Shown here piece after piece: positions 15,601-26,913 of a stretch of DNA of 64,000 nucleotides. The stretch is from Eledone cirrhosa (lineage: Eukaryota), in contig OZ024750.1 of the NCBI GenBank assembly GCA_964016885.1, positions 51,584,001 to 51,648,000 of the forward strand, written 5' to 3'. Below the pieces are notes generated by a model. The model saw nothing but the letters and a program-made list of their open reading frames with translations, was not told where the DNA came from and searched no databases. Numbering within the stretch: the first letter of the stretch is position 1; each line of letters starts with the position of its first letter. The position numbers were made by a program, and so were the translations under genes.

Positions 15601-18354
15601 CCCCAGGTATAGTCCCAACCCTATATTACCCCAGGTATAATCCCAACCCTATATTACCCCAGGTATAGTCCCAACCCTATATTACCCCAGGTATAGTCCC
15701 AACCCTATATTACTCCAGGTATAGTCCCAACCCTATATTACGCCATGTATAGTCCCAACCCTATATTACTCCAGGTATAGTCCCAACCCTATATTACCCC
15801 AGGTATAGTCCCAACCTTATATTACCCCAGGTATAGTCCCAACCCTATATTACCCCACTTATAGTCCCAACCCTATATTACCCCAGGTATAGTCCCAACC
15901 CTATATTACCCCAGGTATAGTCCCAACCTTATATTACCCCAGGTATAGTCCCAACCCTATATTACCCCAGGTATAGTCCCAACCGTATATTACCCCAGGT
16001 ATAGTCCCAACCTTATATTACCCCAGGTATAGTCCCAACCCTATATTACCCCAGGTATAGTCCCAACCTTATATTACCCCAGGTATAGTCCCAACCCTAT
16101 ATTACCCCAGGTATAGTCCCAACCCTATATTACCCCAGGTATAGTCCCAACCCTATATTACCCCAGGTATAGTCCCAACCCTATATTACCCCAGGTATAG
16201 TCCCAACCTTATATTACCCCAGATATAGTCCCAACTATATATTACCCCAGGTATAGTCCCAACCCTATATTACCCCAGGTATAGTCCCAACCCTATATTA
16301 CCCCAGGTATAGTCTCAACCTTATATTACCCCAGGTATAGTCCCAACCCTATATTACCCCAGGTATAGTCCCAACCCTATATTACCCCAGGTATAATCCC
16401 AACCCTATATTACCCCAGGTATAGTCCCAACCTTATATTACCCCAGGTATAGTACCAACCCTATATTACCCCAGGTATAGTCCCAACCCTATATTACCCC
16501 AGATATAGTCCCAACCTTATATTACTCCAGGTATAGTCCCAACCCTATATTACCCCAGGTATAGTCCCAACCCTATATTACCCCAGGTATAGTCCCAACC
16601 TTATATTACCCCATGTATAGTCCCAACCCTATATTACTCCAGGTATAGTCCCAACCCTATATTACCCCAGGTATAGTCCCAACCTTATATTACCCCAGGT
16701 ATAGTCCCAACCCTATATTACCCCACTTATAGTCCCAACCCTATATTACCCCAGGTATAGTCCCAAACCTATATTACCCCAGGTATAGTCCCAACCTTAT
16801 ATTACCCCAGGTATAGTCCCAACCCTATATTACCCCAGGTATAGTCCCAACCTTATATTACCCCAGGTATAGTCCCAACCTTATATTACCCCAGGTATAG
16901 TCCCAACCCTATATTACCCCAGGTATAGTCCCAACCTTATATTACCCCAGGTATAGTCCCAACCCTATATTACCCCAGGTATAGTCCCAACCCTATATTA
17001 CCCCAGGTATAGTCCCAACCCTATATTACCCCAGGTATAGTCCCAACCCTATATTACCCCAGGTATAGTCCCAACCTTATATTACCCCAGATATAGTCCC
17101 AACTATATATTACCCCAGGTATAGTCCCAACCCTATATTACCCCAGGTATAGTCCCAACCCTATATTACCCCAGGTATAGTCTCAACCTTATATTACCCC
17201 AGGTATAGTCCCAACCCTATATTACCCCAGGTATAGTCCCAACCCTATATTACCCCAGGTATAATCCCAACCCTATATTACCCCAGGTATAGTCCCAACC
17301 TTATATTACCCCAGGTATAGTCCCAACCCTATATTACCCCAGGTATAGTCCCAACCCTATATTACCCCAGATATAGTCCCAACCTTATATTACTCCAGGT
17401 ATAGTCCCAACCCTATATTACCCCAGGTATAGTCCCAACCCTATATTACCCCAGGTATAGTCCCAACCTTATATTACTCCAGGTATAGTCCCAACCCTAT
17501 ATTACTCCAGGTATAGTCCCAACCCTATATTACCCAGGTATAGTCCCAACCCTATATTACCCCAGGTATAGTCCCAACCCTATATTACTCCAGGTATAGT
17601 CCCAACCCTATATTACCCCAGGTATAGTCCCAACCCTATATTACCCCAGGTATAGTCCCAACCCTATATTACCCCAGGTATAATCCCAACCCTATATTAC
17701 CCCAGGTATAGTCCCAACCCTATATTACCCCAGGTATAGTCCCAACCCTATATTACCCCAGGTATAATCCCAACCCTATATTACCCCAGGTATAGTCCCA
17801 ACCCTATATTACCCCAGGTATAGTCCCAACCCTATATTACCCCAGGTATAATCCCAACCCTATATTACCCCAGGTATAGTCCCAACCCTATATTACCCCA
17901 GGTATAGTCCCAACCCTATATTACTCCAGGTATAGTCCCAACCCTATATTACCCCAGGTATAGTCCCAACCCTATATTACCCCAGGTATAGTCCCAACCC
18001 TATATTACCCCAGGTATAATCCCAACCCTATATTACCCCAGGTATAGTCCCAACCCTATATTACCCCAGGTATAGTCCCAACCCTATATTACCCCAGGTA
18101 TAGTCCCAACCCTATATTACCCCAGGTATAGTCCCAACCCTATATTACTCCAGATATAGTCCCAACCCTATATTACCCCAGGTATAGTCCCAACCCTATA
18201 TTACCCCAGGTATAATCCCAACCCTATATTACCCCAGGTATAGTCCAAACCCTATATTACCCCAGGTATAGTCCCAACCCTATATTACCCCAGGTATAGT
18301 CCCAACCCTATATTACCCCAGGTATAGTCCCAACCCTATATTACTCCAGGTATA
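643..18354. repeat. 28-bp satellite array GTCCCAACCCTATATTAC(C/T)CCAGGTATA, about 630 copies, with higher-order structure
   Basis: period 28 (GTCCC at 643 and 671); continuous over 17.7 kb; rare variant monomers recur at fixed offsets. Confidence 0.99.
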
Positions 18355-18361
18355 TATATGT

Positions 18362-19648
18362 GGTGCTGGTGGTGATGGTGGTGGTGGTGGTGGTTGGCTG
18401 TGGTGGAGGTATGGGCAGTGGCGCCGGGGTTGGTGGTGGTGCTGGTTGCTGTTGGTGGTGGTGGTGGTGGTGGTGGTGGTGGTGGTGGTAGTGGTGGTGG
18501 TGATGGTGCTGGTGGTGGTGGTGGTTGGTTGTAGTGGTGGTGGAGGCGGCGGCGGTGGTGGTGGTGGTTGTAGGTAGTGGCCGTGGTGGTGGTGGTGGTA
18601 GTGGTGGCGATTGTTCAGCGGCGGCCGACGAGGGAATAATGCTTATGGTAGTGGGGGTGTTAGTAGTGGTATTGGTACTGGCGGAGCTGGTGCTAGTAGA
18701 CATACTGTTGATGATGGTACTGGTGCTAGTAGTGGTGGCGGTGGAGGCTGTGGTACTGGTTGTAGTAGTAGTTGTGGTGCTTGTGGCGGTACTGTTGCTA
18801 GTGGTGGTTGCGGTACTGTTGCTAGTAGTGTTGGTGGTGGTGTTGATGGTGGTGTTGGTGGTGGTGGTGGTGGCGACGGTGGTTCTGGTGCTAGTAGTGG
18901 TGGTGGTGGTGGCGGTGGTACTGGTGCTAGTAGTAGAGGTGGTGCTGGTGGCGGTACTGTTGCTAGTTGTGTTGGTGGTGGTGTTGATGGTGGTGTTGGT
19001 GGTGGTGGCGACGGTGGTTCTGGTGCTAGGAGTAGTGGTGGTGGTGGTGGCGGTGGTACTGGTGCTAGTAGGGGTGGTGGCGGCGGCGGTGGTACTGGTG
19101 CTAGTAGTAGAGGTGGTGCTGGTGGCGGTACTGTTGCTAGTTGTGTTGGTGGTGGTGTTGATGGTGGTGTTGGTGTTGGTGGTGGTGTTGATAGTGGTGT
19201 TGGTGGTGGCGACGGTGGTAGTGGTGCTAGTAGTAGAGGTGGTGCCGGTGGTGGTGGTGGTGGCGACGGTGGTACTGGTGCTAGTAGTACGTGTGGTGCT
19301 GGAGGTGGTGGTGGCGGCGTTGGTACTGGTGCTAGTAGTAGAGGTGGTGTTGGTGGTGGTGTTGGTGGGGGTGTTGATGGTGTTTCTGGCGACGGTGGTA
19401 CTGGTACTAGTATTACTGGTGGTGGTAGTGGTGGTGGTGATGGTGGTAGTGGTGCTAGTATTTGGGCGGTGCTGTTGTTAGTGTTGGTGGTGGTGGTGTT
19501 GTTGGTGGTGTTGATGGTGGTAGTGGTGGTGGTGCTGGTCGCGTTACTGTTGTTGTTGTTGGTGGTGGTGGTGGTGGTGGTGATGACGGTACTGGTGCTA
19601 GTAATAGTGAGGTGGTAGTGTTGGTGGTGGTGGTGTTGGTGTTATTGG
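18362..19648. repeat. GGT/AGT/GTT-rich cryptic trinucleotide block with internal duplications, flanked by TATGT direct repeats
   Basis: TATGT at 18357-18361 and 19649-19653; recurring GGTACTGGTGCTAGTAGTAGAGG modules. Confidence 0.9.
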
Positions 19649-19989
19649 TATGTATCCTGTAAATATACATTCCCAGACTATTTCAATTTCCCACAGCCGC
19701 CTCTATCAGGTTTATACCACTTAACCTGCCCATTATATCTCTTTATATAAAAGCTTCGTGATTTATTTACTGACATCTGTGACCTAAATAGATCTAAGTG
19801 GGGGTAAATATGATGAATATTTTGTCTTACAGAATGAAAAGCCGACCTTTTGTTTAACAAGCCTTAAATTGTGTCCTTGTGAAAGTCATTCAATTCTCAT
19901 TAGTTCGCCATACTTCATTGATGAGAAATCTCAGAAATTTAAAGGAGTTACTTAATCTGAACAATATAACAATGAAACAGTTTAGGGGG

Positions 19990-20590
19990 AGTGTAGTTAC
20001 ACAGTTGTGACAGAGGGCATTGTTGTTACACAGTTGTGACACAGGCAGTGTTATTTCACAGTTGTGACACATGGCAGTTACACAGTTGAGACACCGGGCA
20101 GTGTTGTGACACAGTTGTGACACATGGCAGTGTTGTGACACAGTTGTGACGCAGAGCAGTGGTGTTACACAGCTGAGGCACACGACAGTGTTGTGACACA
20201 GTTGTGACAGGACATTGTTGTGACACAGTTGTGACACGAGGCAGTGTTGTTTCACAGTTGTGACACAGGGCAGTGGTGTTTCACAGTTGTGACACAGGGC
20301 AGTGTTGTTACACAATTGTGAGACAGGGCAGTGTTGTTACACAGTCGTGAGACAGGGCAGTGTTGTGACACAGGGCAGTGTTGTTACACAGTTGTGAGAC
20401 AAGGCAGTGTTGTTACACAGGGCAGTGTTGTTACATAGTTGTAACACAGGGCGGTGTTGTTACACAGTTGTGACACAGGGCAGTGTTGTGACACAATTGT
20501 GATACAGTTGTGACACAGGGCAGTGTTGTGACACAGGGCGGTGTTGTTACTGAGGACAGTGTAGTTTGAACGATGGCAGTGTTGTTACAA
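19990..20590. repeat. about 29-bp minisatellite (CAGTGTTGTGACACAGTTGTGACACAGGG)
   Basis: degenerate tandem units bounded by AGTGTAGTT at 19990-19998 and 20558-20566. Confidence 0.92.
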
Positions 20591-20704
20591 TGTCGGTTAC
20601 AGTACTGTGCGGTACTCGTCTTATCTCTACTCTTGTCACCTTTATCTTCCTTTCTTCCCAGATCGATAATTAAAATGACTTTTTAGTACTGGCGTCGATT
20701 CCTT

Positions 20705-21092
20705 TCTCTCTCTCTCTCTCTCACTCACACTCTCACTCACTCACTCACTCACTCACTCACTCACTCACTCACACTCTCACTCACTCACTCACTCACTCAC
20801 TCACTCACTCACTCACACTCTCTCTCTCTCACTCACTCTCTCTCATCTCTCTCACTCACTCACTCACTCACTCACACTCTCTCTCTCTCACTCTCCCTCT
20901 CTCACTCACTCACTCACTCACTCACTCTCTCTGATCTCTCTCACTCACACACTCATTCACTCACTCACTCTCTCTCTCTCTCTCACTCTCTCTCTCTCTC
21001 TCTCTCACTCACTCACTCACTCTCTCTGATCTCTCTCACTCACACACTCACTCACTCACTCACTCACTCACTCATTCTCGCTCACTCACTCA

Positions 21093-21171
<79 letters not shown>

Positions 21172-21174
21172 TCT
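20705..21174. repeat. (CT)n/(CACT)n compound microsatellite
   Basis: direct. Confidence 0.97.
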
Positions 21175-21414
21175 AACCAATATTTCAACACCCATGTGTG
21201 AAGATTTCCTTATCTCGGTTCTTTATACAAGGATCGATATATTTGTGAAAATGAACATTGAAGCAAAAGTCCTAAAGAAGTCTATAGAAAGTTTTTAAAT
21301 CTTATTGATTGCATAAGAGACCTTCTCTCCATAGAGGTGGAAATGGAGACCTATGGCTGACGTTAGCCGTTAGTATTGGCGGCGGGGGCGCAGTAGTTGT
21401 AGTAGTGTATAACA

Positions 21415-21580
21415 TAATTGTTTCTACGTTAGGCAAAAGGCCAGTAATTACCCAGTACATTACTGGTACTTTATTTTATCGACCCCGTAAGGATGAAAAG
21501 CAAAGTTAACGTAACAAAGGGCCGTAACTCTTTGCTGCAAAGCATGGCGTCCGACCCTCTACCGATACTGCCAATCCATA
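21415..21580 (-). mobile_element. tRNA-derived SINE (octopus-type family), internally deleted
   Basis: shares TTATCGACCCCGTAAGGATGAAAG core with copies at about 35240, 35440, 40850, 51660 and 52390. Confidence 0.8.
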
Positions 21581-21586
21581 ACATAA

Positions 21587-21960
21587 TCTATATATATAAA
21601 ACAGAGGATGTCTGTGTGTCTGTTTCCCTAAAACTCGAGAAGTACCCAACCGGTTTTTTTCAAACTTTATACATGTAACTCGTATGACCCCGGAAGTGTT
21701 CTGAGGAAAAACATGTCAAATGTTCAATGCCCTAGGGACCGCATTAAGCGATTTAGCGATCTCTTTCTCTTTCTCTTTCTCTTAGTCTTTCTCTTTTTAG
21801 ATGTTGGGACTCCTCAGAGCTTACCACTCCCTTTGCCTGCTGAAAATTATGAATGTTGGATTCTTATAGAATTCCAGTAATTATCAGGAACTGATTATAC
21901 AGAGCGGTTGCCGGTCCAGCAAAATTTGCATACAGTGTATTGCAAAATACACTATATATA
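21587..21960 (+). mobile_element. non-autonomous Helitron-like 5' fragment
   Basis: starts TCTATATATATAAAACAGAGGATGTCTGTGTGTCTG, similar to the 5' end of the element at 26137-26892; no 3' CTAG seen. Confidence 0.4.
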
Positions 21961-21995
21961 TATATCGCTATTTCAGAGCACCAATTCTAATTTTC

Positions 21996-22051
<56 letters not shown>

Positions 22052-22054
22052 CAG

Positions 22055-23525
22055 ACACACTATGAAACTATCCTACTCTACTACTATGAACATATCACAA
22101 AATATACATAGAATTAATAATAGAAACTTAAATTAAAACCCTAACCAAACTAACCAAAATAGCAATAATAATATTTCTGATAACAATATTTAGAATAATA
22201 GTACCATTCCGAACAACAACAACTCCAGAAAATGTAACTATAGAATTAAATCAACTGCCCTTTACAAAATAATTGTTTAGACAAAAACGTAGTTTATAAA
22301 TGCACAGTTAAAACTAGAGACAAAATATTTAACTATATTGGTGCCACTTCAACAAAATTTTAAGAACCATAAAGACACATTTAGGAGATCTGATAAAAAA
22401 TCTTCTAATTTGGAACTCAAAAGTCAACAATATAGACTATTCAATATCTTGGAGAACGATTTCGAAAGCACCTGCATACAGAAATATGGCTTTATCAAGA
22501 TTCTGTAACTTAGTATAGAAGAAATGTTTTACATAATTAACTGTCAAAACTCTATTAATCTTAGAACAAAATTATTTTCTTGCAGTCATCGCCAAAATTC
22601 CACGTTCAGAACTATTTTTAATTTATAATATTCCTATACACCTTCAAAATGATCCTATCTTTAAAAATTTAAATGTAAATTTTTTAAATTTTTTAATATT
22701 TTTAATATTTTTAATATTTTTAATATTTTTAATATTTTTAATATTTTTAATATTTTCAATATTTTTAATATTTCTAATTTTTTTAATATCTCTAATATTT
22801 CTAATATTTTTACCTTTTCACATTAATTTTTTCAATATATATATTTAATATTTTTAATTCTGACATTATTTTTCTAATGACACCCCTTTTTTTAGATGTG
22901 GATTGATAATCTTTAAATGACATTCTGAAAATTAATTCTCTTTACGATATTTCTTCGAAAAGCACATTACGTTTTTCCTCTCTTTTTGTTATTCAGACAG
23001 TCACACATCTTTCGACTAAAATAATTAATCTCACACAAAATAATACATAATTTTCCTATATATTTTTGAGTAAATCACTCATTAAATTTAACGGTTAACA
23101 AACAAAATTGGAGTTATCTTTCCTTTCTCAATCGTGCAAACATAAACATATTATGTATGATAATCTATATAACTTCACTAAATTAACAATATTCTGAAAA
23201 CATTTTCAATGTTGAACAAAATATTTGAATCTACAAATTTTTCTCCTATTTGTTTACATAAAATACAAAATCAACTTCCTTCGTAACTCATATTAGAAAT
23301 ATAAACAACTAATAATTGTAAATTATTTCTATTTCTATAATACTAATATATACGCAATTATTAATCTATAAAGATATTTATATACATATATCCTATTGTA
23401 ATGTAATAAGATAAAAATACTTACAACCATACGTCTTCATATAATCTAATTGATTATATATACAACTCATAATATACCTATATAACTCATAATATAGTTA
23501 AATAAATTTAAATTTAAACTCTGGA
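22055..23525 (+). mobile_element. Penelope-like element 3' remnant (GIY-YIG endonuclease pseudogene 22055-22620 plus AT-rich tail)
   Basis: frameshifted KLSYST..VVYKCTVK..NYIGATST..W..ISKAPAYRN..FCNL..EEMFYII..INLRTK..CSHR; 9-bp TTTTTAATA array at about 22680-22810. Confidence 0.8.
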
Positions 23526-23527
23526 TT

Positions 23528-24434
23528 ATACGTACATACATACATGTGTGCAGACGCACAGTTGTATGTAAATATATACATACATGCACACATATATATA
23601 TATATGTACGTATGGATTTACCGAACATTTATTATAGTGTTCGGTTTGTTTGTAAACAAACAGCCCGAATTATGCCGTACAGTGCTCGGCAACCAACGTC
23701 GCCCTTTTGTTCAACACTAACACAGGAATGATGTACTAGTTTCAAGCTTATTAGCTATCGTCAGCATCGTATACCTTTCTGTCAGGTGATTGAACGTCTG
23801 AAAGTATATACTTTCCTTATGCATATTAACGGCTGAGCAGCCTAATTTGCATATTGAGTGAGTTAGTCGGCCGGGCATACCAAAAACGATAAATGGAAAA
23901 GAATGAAACGAAATTTCATTTCTCACTATTAGTACAGCTGATACCTACTTATATTTAGATTTCAGCCGTACTAAGAGTGAGAAATTTCGTTTCATTCTTT
24001 TCCCTTTATCGTTTTCCGTATGCCCGGCCGACTAACTCACTCGATATGCAAATTAGGCTGCTCAGCCGTTAATATGCATGAGGAAAGTATATACTTTCAG
24101 ACGTTCAATCATCTGACAGAAAGGTATACGATGCTGACGATAGCTAATAAGCTTGAAACTAGTACATCTTTCCTGTGTCAGTGTTGAACAAAAGGGAGAC
24201 GATGGTTGCCGAGCACTGTACGGGGTAATTCGGGCTGTTTGTTTACAAACAAACCGAACATTATAATAAATGTTCGGTAAACCCATACGTACATATATAT
24301 ATGTGTGTGCATGTATGTATATATATGCATACTACTGTGCGTCTGTACACATGTATGTATGTACGTATACATACTTATATTTAGGTATCATCCGCACTAT
24401 GTGTGAGAAATGAAATTTCGTTTCATTCTTTTCC

Positions 24435-24435
<1 letters not shown>
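23528..24435. repeat. about 420-bp-arm inverted repeat plus partial direct copy (Penelope pLTR-like)
   Basis: 23528-23940 is the diverged reverse complement of 23960-24368; 24372-24435 repeats the centre; further copy at about 53860-54078. Confidence 0.9.
24130..24168 (+). ncRNA. minimal type I hammerhead ribozyme motif
   Basis: gatg-CTGACGA-t-agct-aata-agct-t-GAAA-ctag-TA-catc; minus-strand copies at 23730-23768 and 53980-54020. Confidence 0.75.
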
Positions 24436-24484
<49 letters not shown>

Positions 24485-24659
24485 TGCGCGCGTGTTTATG
24501 TGTGTATACATATATATACATATATATTTATGAAGTAATAAATAAAACTTCGAAATCACTGACACCTTTCATCTCAATATTTTTTACAATCTACGGCCAT
24601 ATATGAACACTTAATATATAGTTAATGTTTGAATGCTTTAAGTATACTAGTATTTTAAA

Positions 24660-26040
24660 GACACACCCCAGCATGAACTCAGCCGATATGTAGATGACAT
24701 ACTCATCCTTACATCATCCGTGAAGAAGCGGATAAAATATACATGACATTCTCCAGCATGGACGCCAATATAAAGTTCAGCATGGAACACTCCGATGACC
24801 GTGGATACCTATTGGACTTCCAACTCAGGGTAACAGAAGAAGGCGACTTCCACACCTCCTTCTATAAAAAAAGCCGCCAGCAGGGACCTGTTCGTAAATT
24901 TCAGATCAACCCTCCCAGTCACCGCTAAGTTTGGATACATAAGGAATCAACAAACACGTATCCGGAACAAATGCACCGACGCAAGAGACCGAGACACACA
25001 CACCACACATTTCCTGGAAGTACTTAAACTGAACGGATACTCGACGTCCACCGCGAACCGTGCCAGATACACCACACCCAAGGCACTAACACCTGCTTCC
25101 TGAAGCTCCCACACTTCAGTGACGAAACAACAACGGCCATCCGCAGAGCTATCAGACGAGAGGGACTAGATATCCAGCTAGCCCACTCAGGACCTTCTCT
25201 ACGCGGACAGCTAACCAAAAGACACTCCAGCAGACATGACAGCCGCTGCAGGCTAGCCAACTGCCCCATCAACGACAAAACCCTATGCCACCAGGCTTAC
25301 GTCGTACATAGATTAGAGTGCGACAAATGCAGCAATTTCTACATAGGTAGCACCACCAGACCACTTCACATTAGAATAAAAGAACACCTCAACACTAACG
25401 CTTCCTCATTTAAGAAACACCTAGTGAAATGCAAAAACACCGACAAAAACATAATAGTTAGGATAGAAACTAAGGAAAGAAACCTCCGCAATCTTAGAAT
25501 TAAAGAAGCACTAATTATAGACAAAACGCAACCGCCAATCAATAACAGACTAGAACTCAACACCCAATTGTTAACATGATAGAGCACCTAGCCTCACACT
25601 TACACCCCCACGTACCCTCTCTCACACACACACACACACGCACGCTTACACCTTCACTTATTCTCTCTCGCACACACACATAGACCAGTTTTAACATGAT
25701 GGAGCATCTAGCCCCACATTTACATATAAACATATCCTCTCACACTCTCACACACACACACGCACACACACACGCATGCCTTCACGTATTCTCACGCCTT
25801 CTCACACCTTGTCACACCTTCACGTATTCTCCCACACACACACACTTAGACATACATGTCCAAACCCTTTATCCACCTAAGCTTCACTCTTTGACATTAG
25901 AAATAGAATGGTATTTCTATACTATTTCCTGTCAGCATGACTTGGCAAGCTATTTAGAACACTGGATTAACCCCTTTACTTCCCTCCGAAGAAGAGATAT
26001 TATCTCGAAAATTAAGGATATTCAAATAAATTTAAGGTAA
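24660..26040 (+). mobile_element. Penelope-like element, 5'-truncated (RT C-terminus plus GIY-YIG to about 25580, then tail)
   Basis: RYVDDIL, IKFSMEH, LDFQL, FYKK, LKLNGY, LECDKCSNFYIGSTTRPLHIRIKEH, IKEALII..QPPINNR across frameshifts. Confidence 0.92.
25983..26017 (+). ncRNA. variant hammerhead-like motif (CCGAAGA core) in Penelope tail
   Basis: cct-CCGAAGA-a-gagat-att-atctc-GAAA-at-TA-agg. Confidence 0.5.
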
Positions 26041-26136
26041 AAGACTAATTGTCAGCAATATCTTTTGCATTTGTATTTATATTCTATATCCATACCTGCA
26101 TTGTTCTCGCCTTCTAACTCCAAATGTTTATATATA

Positions 26137-26878
26137 CTAGCAGTAAAGCCCGGTGTTGCTCGGGGCTGCTCAGTAGCTGTGTTAAAGTTACAATGTTAAG
26201 TTTCTCTCTTGGCTTAAAAACTATAGAGTCTACAGTATAGACTTTCCTGTGGTACTTTTGATTAATATTCCCTCAACCAACAGTATGCCTTATGAAGTTA
26301 AGAAAACATAACCATAACCCGAATGTTAAAACAAAAGAGGATGCTGGGGATAAAAACTGCACTGATATTCTATTAACAAAAATCGAAAATGTAAACACTG
26401 CAACACTTGTCTCAGAGAAAAACATCAGCGTAACCAACTATCAGTTATTTTGAAACAAAGAAATTGGATGGACATGAAAAACACAAAAAAATGCGTTATC
26501 TGTCTGTCGTGTAAAATCATTGCTTCTAAATGAAAATCTCATAAGGCTTTATTCGAGATCAATGCTTTTCTTTACAAAACATTTGCTTGTTTTACGGTGT
26601 ATTCAAATAGGCTTGATTTCAAGTAAAAATATTGTTTTAAAATACTTTTTAATGGAAATGAAGCAAAATGGAAGCTTAATGTTGAAATTTCGAACTCGTG
26701 AATTTTGCAGGTTAAAATTTTGCACATGGGCTGGGTCGATTTGAACGTTCTTTTGACCGATGTCTCTGCCGGACCTTCATCTATAAGTGTAGCAATTTCA
26801 CCGAAATTTGAACATATGGTTTAGGAGGAGATGTGTGGCGACCGTTTTAGTAGACAGACAGACAGACAGACAACCTCA

Positions 26879-26892
<14 letters not shown>
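26137..26892 (-). mobile_element. non-autonomous Helitron-like element
   Basis: minus strand ends with a CCCGAGCAACACCGGG hairpin, a short spacer and CTAG|T; 5' end TATATAAAACTGAGGTTGTCTGTCTG. Confidence 0.7.

Positions 26893-26911
<19 letters not shown>

Positions 26912-26913
<2 letters not shown>

Larger units (their letters stand above)
175..21365 (+). pseudogene. candidate endogenous viral element: decayed Mononegavirales-like L protein methyltransferase region, split by tandem arrays and insertions (about 1 kb unique sequence)
   Basis: Unique islands 175-255, 553-670, 19654-19998, 20558-20700 and 21175-21365. PQPPLSGL at 19691-19714, then one frame reading SLYK...IDLSGG...LQNEKPTFCLTSL...SSP...NNETV*GECS|LND, then TNISTPMCEDFLI at about 21176-21214. 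Order and spacing resemble recalled VSV L: QNPLLSGI..HYK..GDGSGG..RENVHSRGIFNSL..EPP..NGETCWEYPSDLCD..TEFSSSQTSEVYM. Stops and frameshifts are present. Confidence 0.6.

Noticed and set aside
643-18354. CRISPR array or coding repeat
   Set aside because: No unique spacers, eukaryotic context, and the 28-bp unit puts stop codons in all frames.
18525-19618. Val-rich 318-aa and Gly-rich 335-aa ORFs as real structural proteins
   Set aside because: GGT-type repeats are open by composition; no proper start, signal peptide or splice evidence was seen.
19655-19760. Minus-strand RDIMGRL..IYTWG resembling the N-terminal part of a viral L protein
   Set aside because: That frame has more stops, and the plus strand gives several colinear methyltransferase motifs.
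19990-20590. RSS-heptamer-like CACAG motifs
   Set aside because: Simple minisatellite with no nonamer or 12/23 spacing.
21200-21240. PYLGS resembling the L-protein capping GxxT motif
   Set aside because: It lacks the Thr and would be out of order, since the capping domain precedes the methyltransferase.
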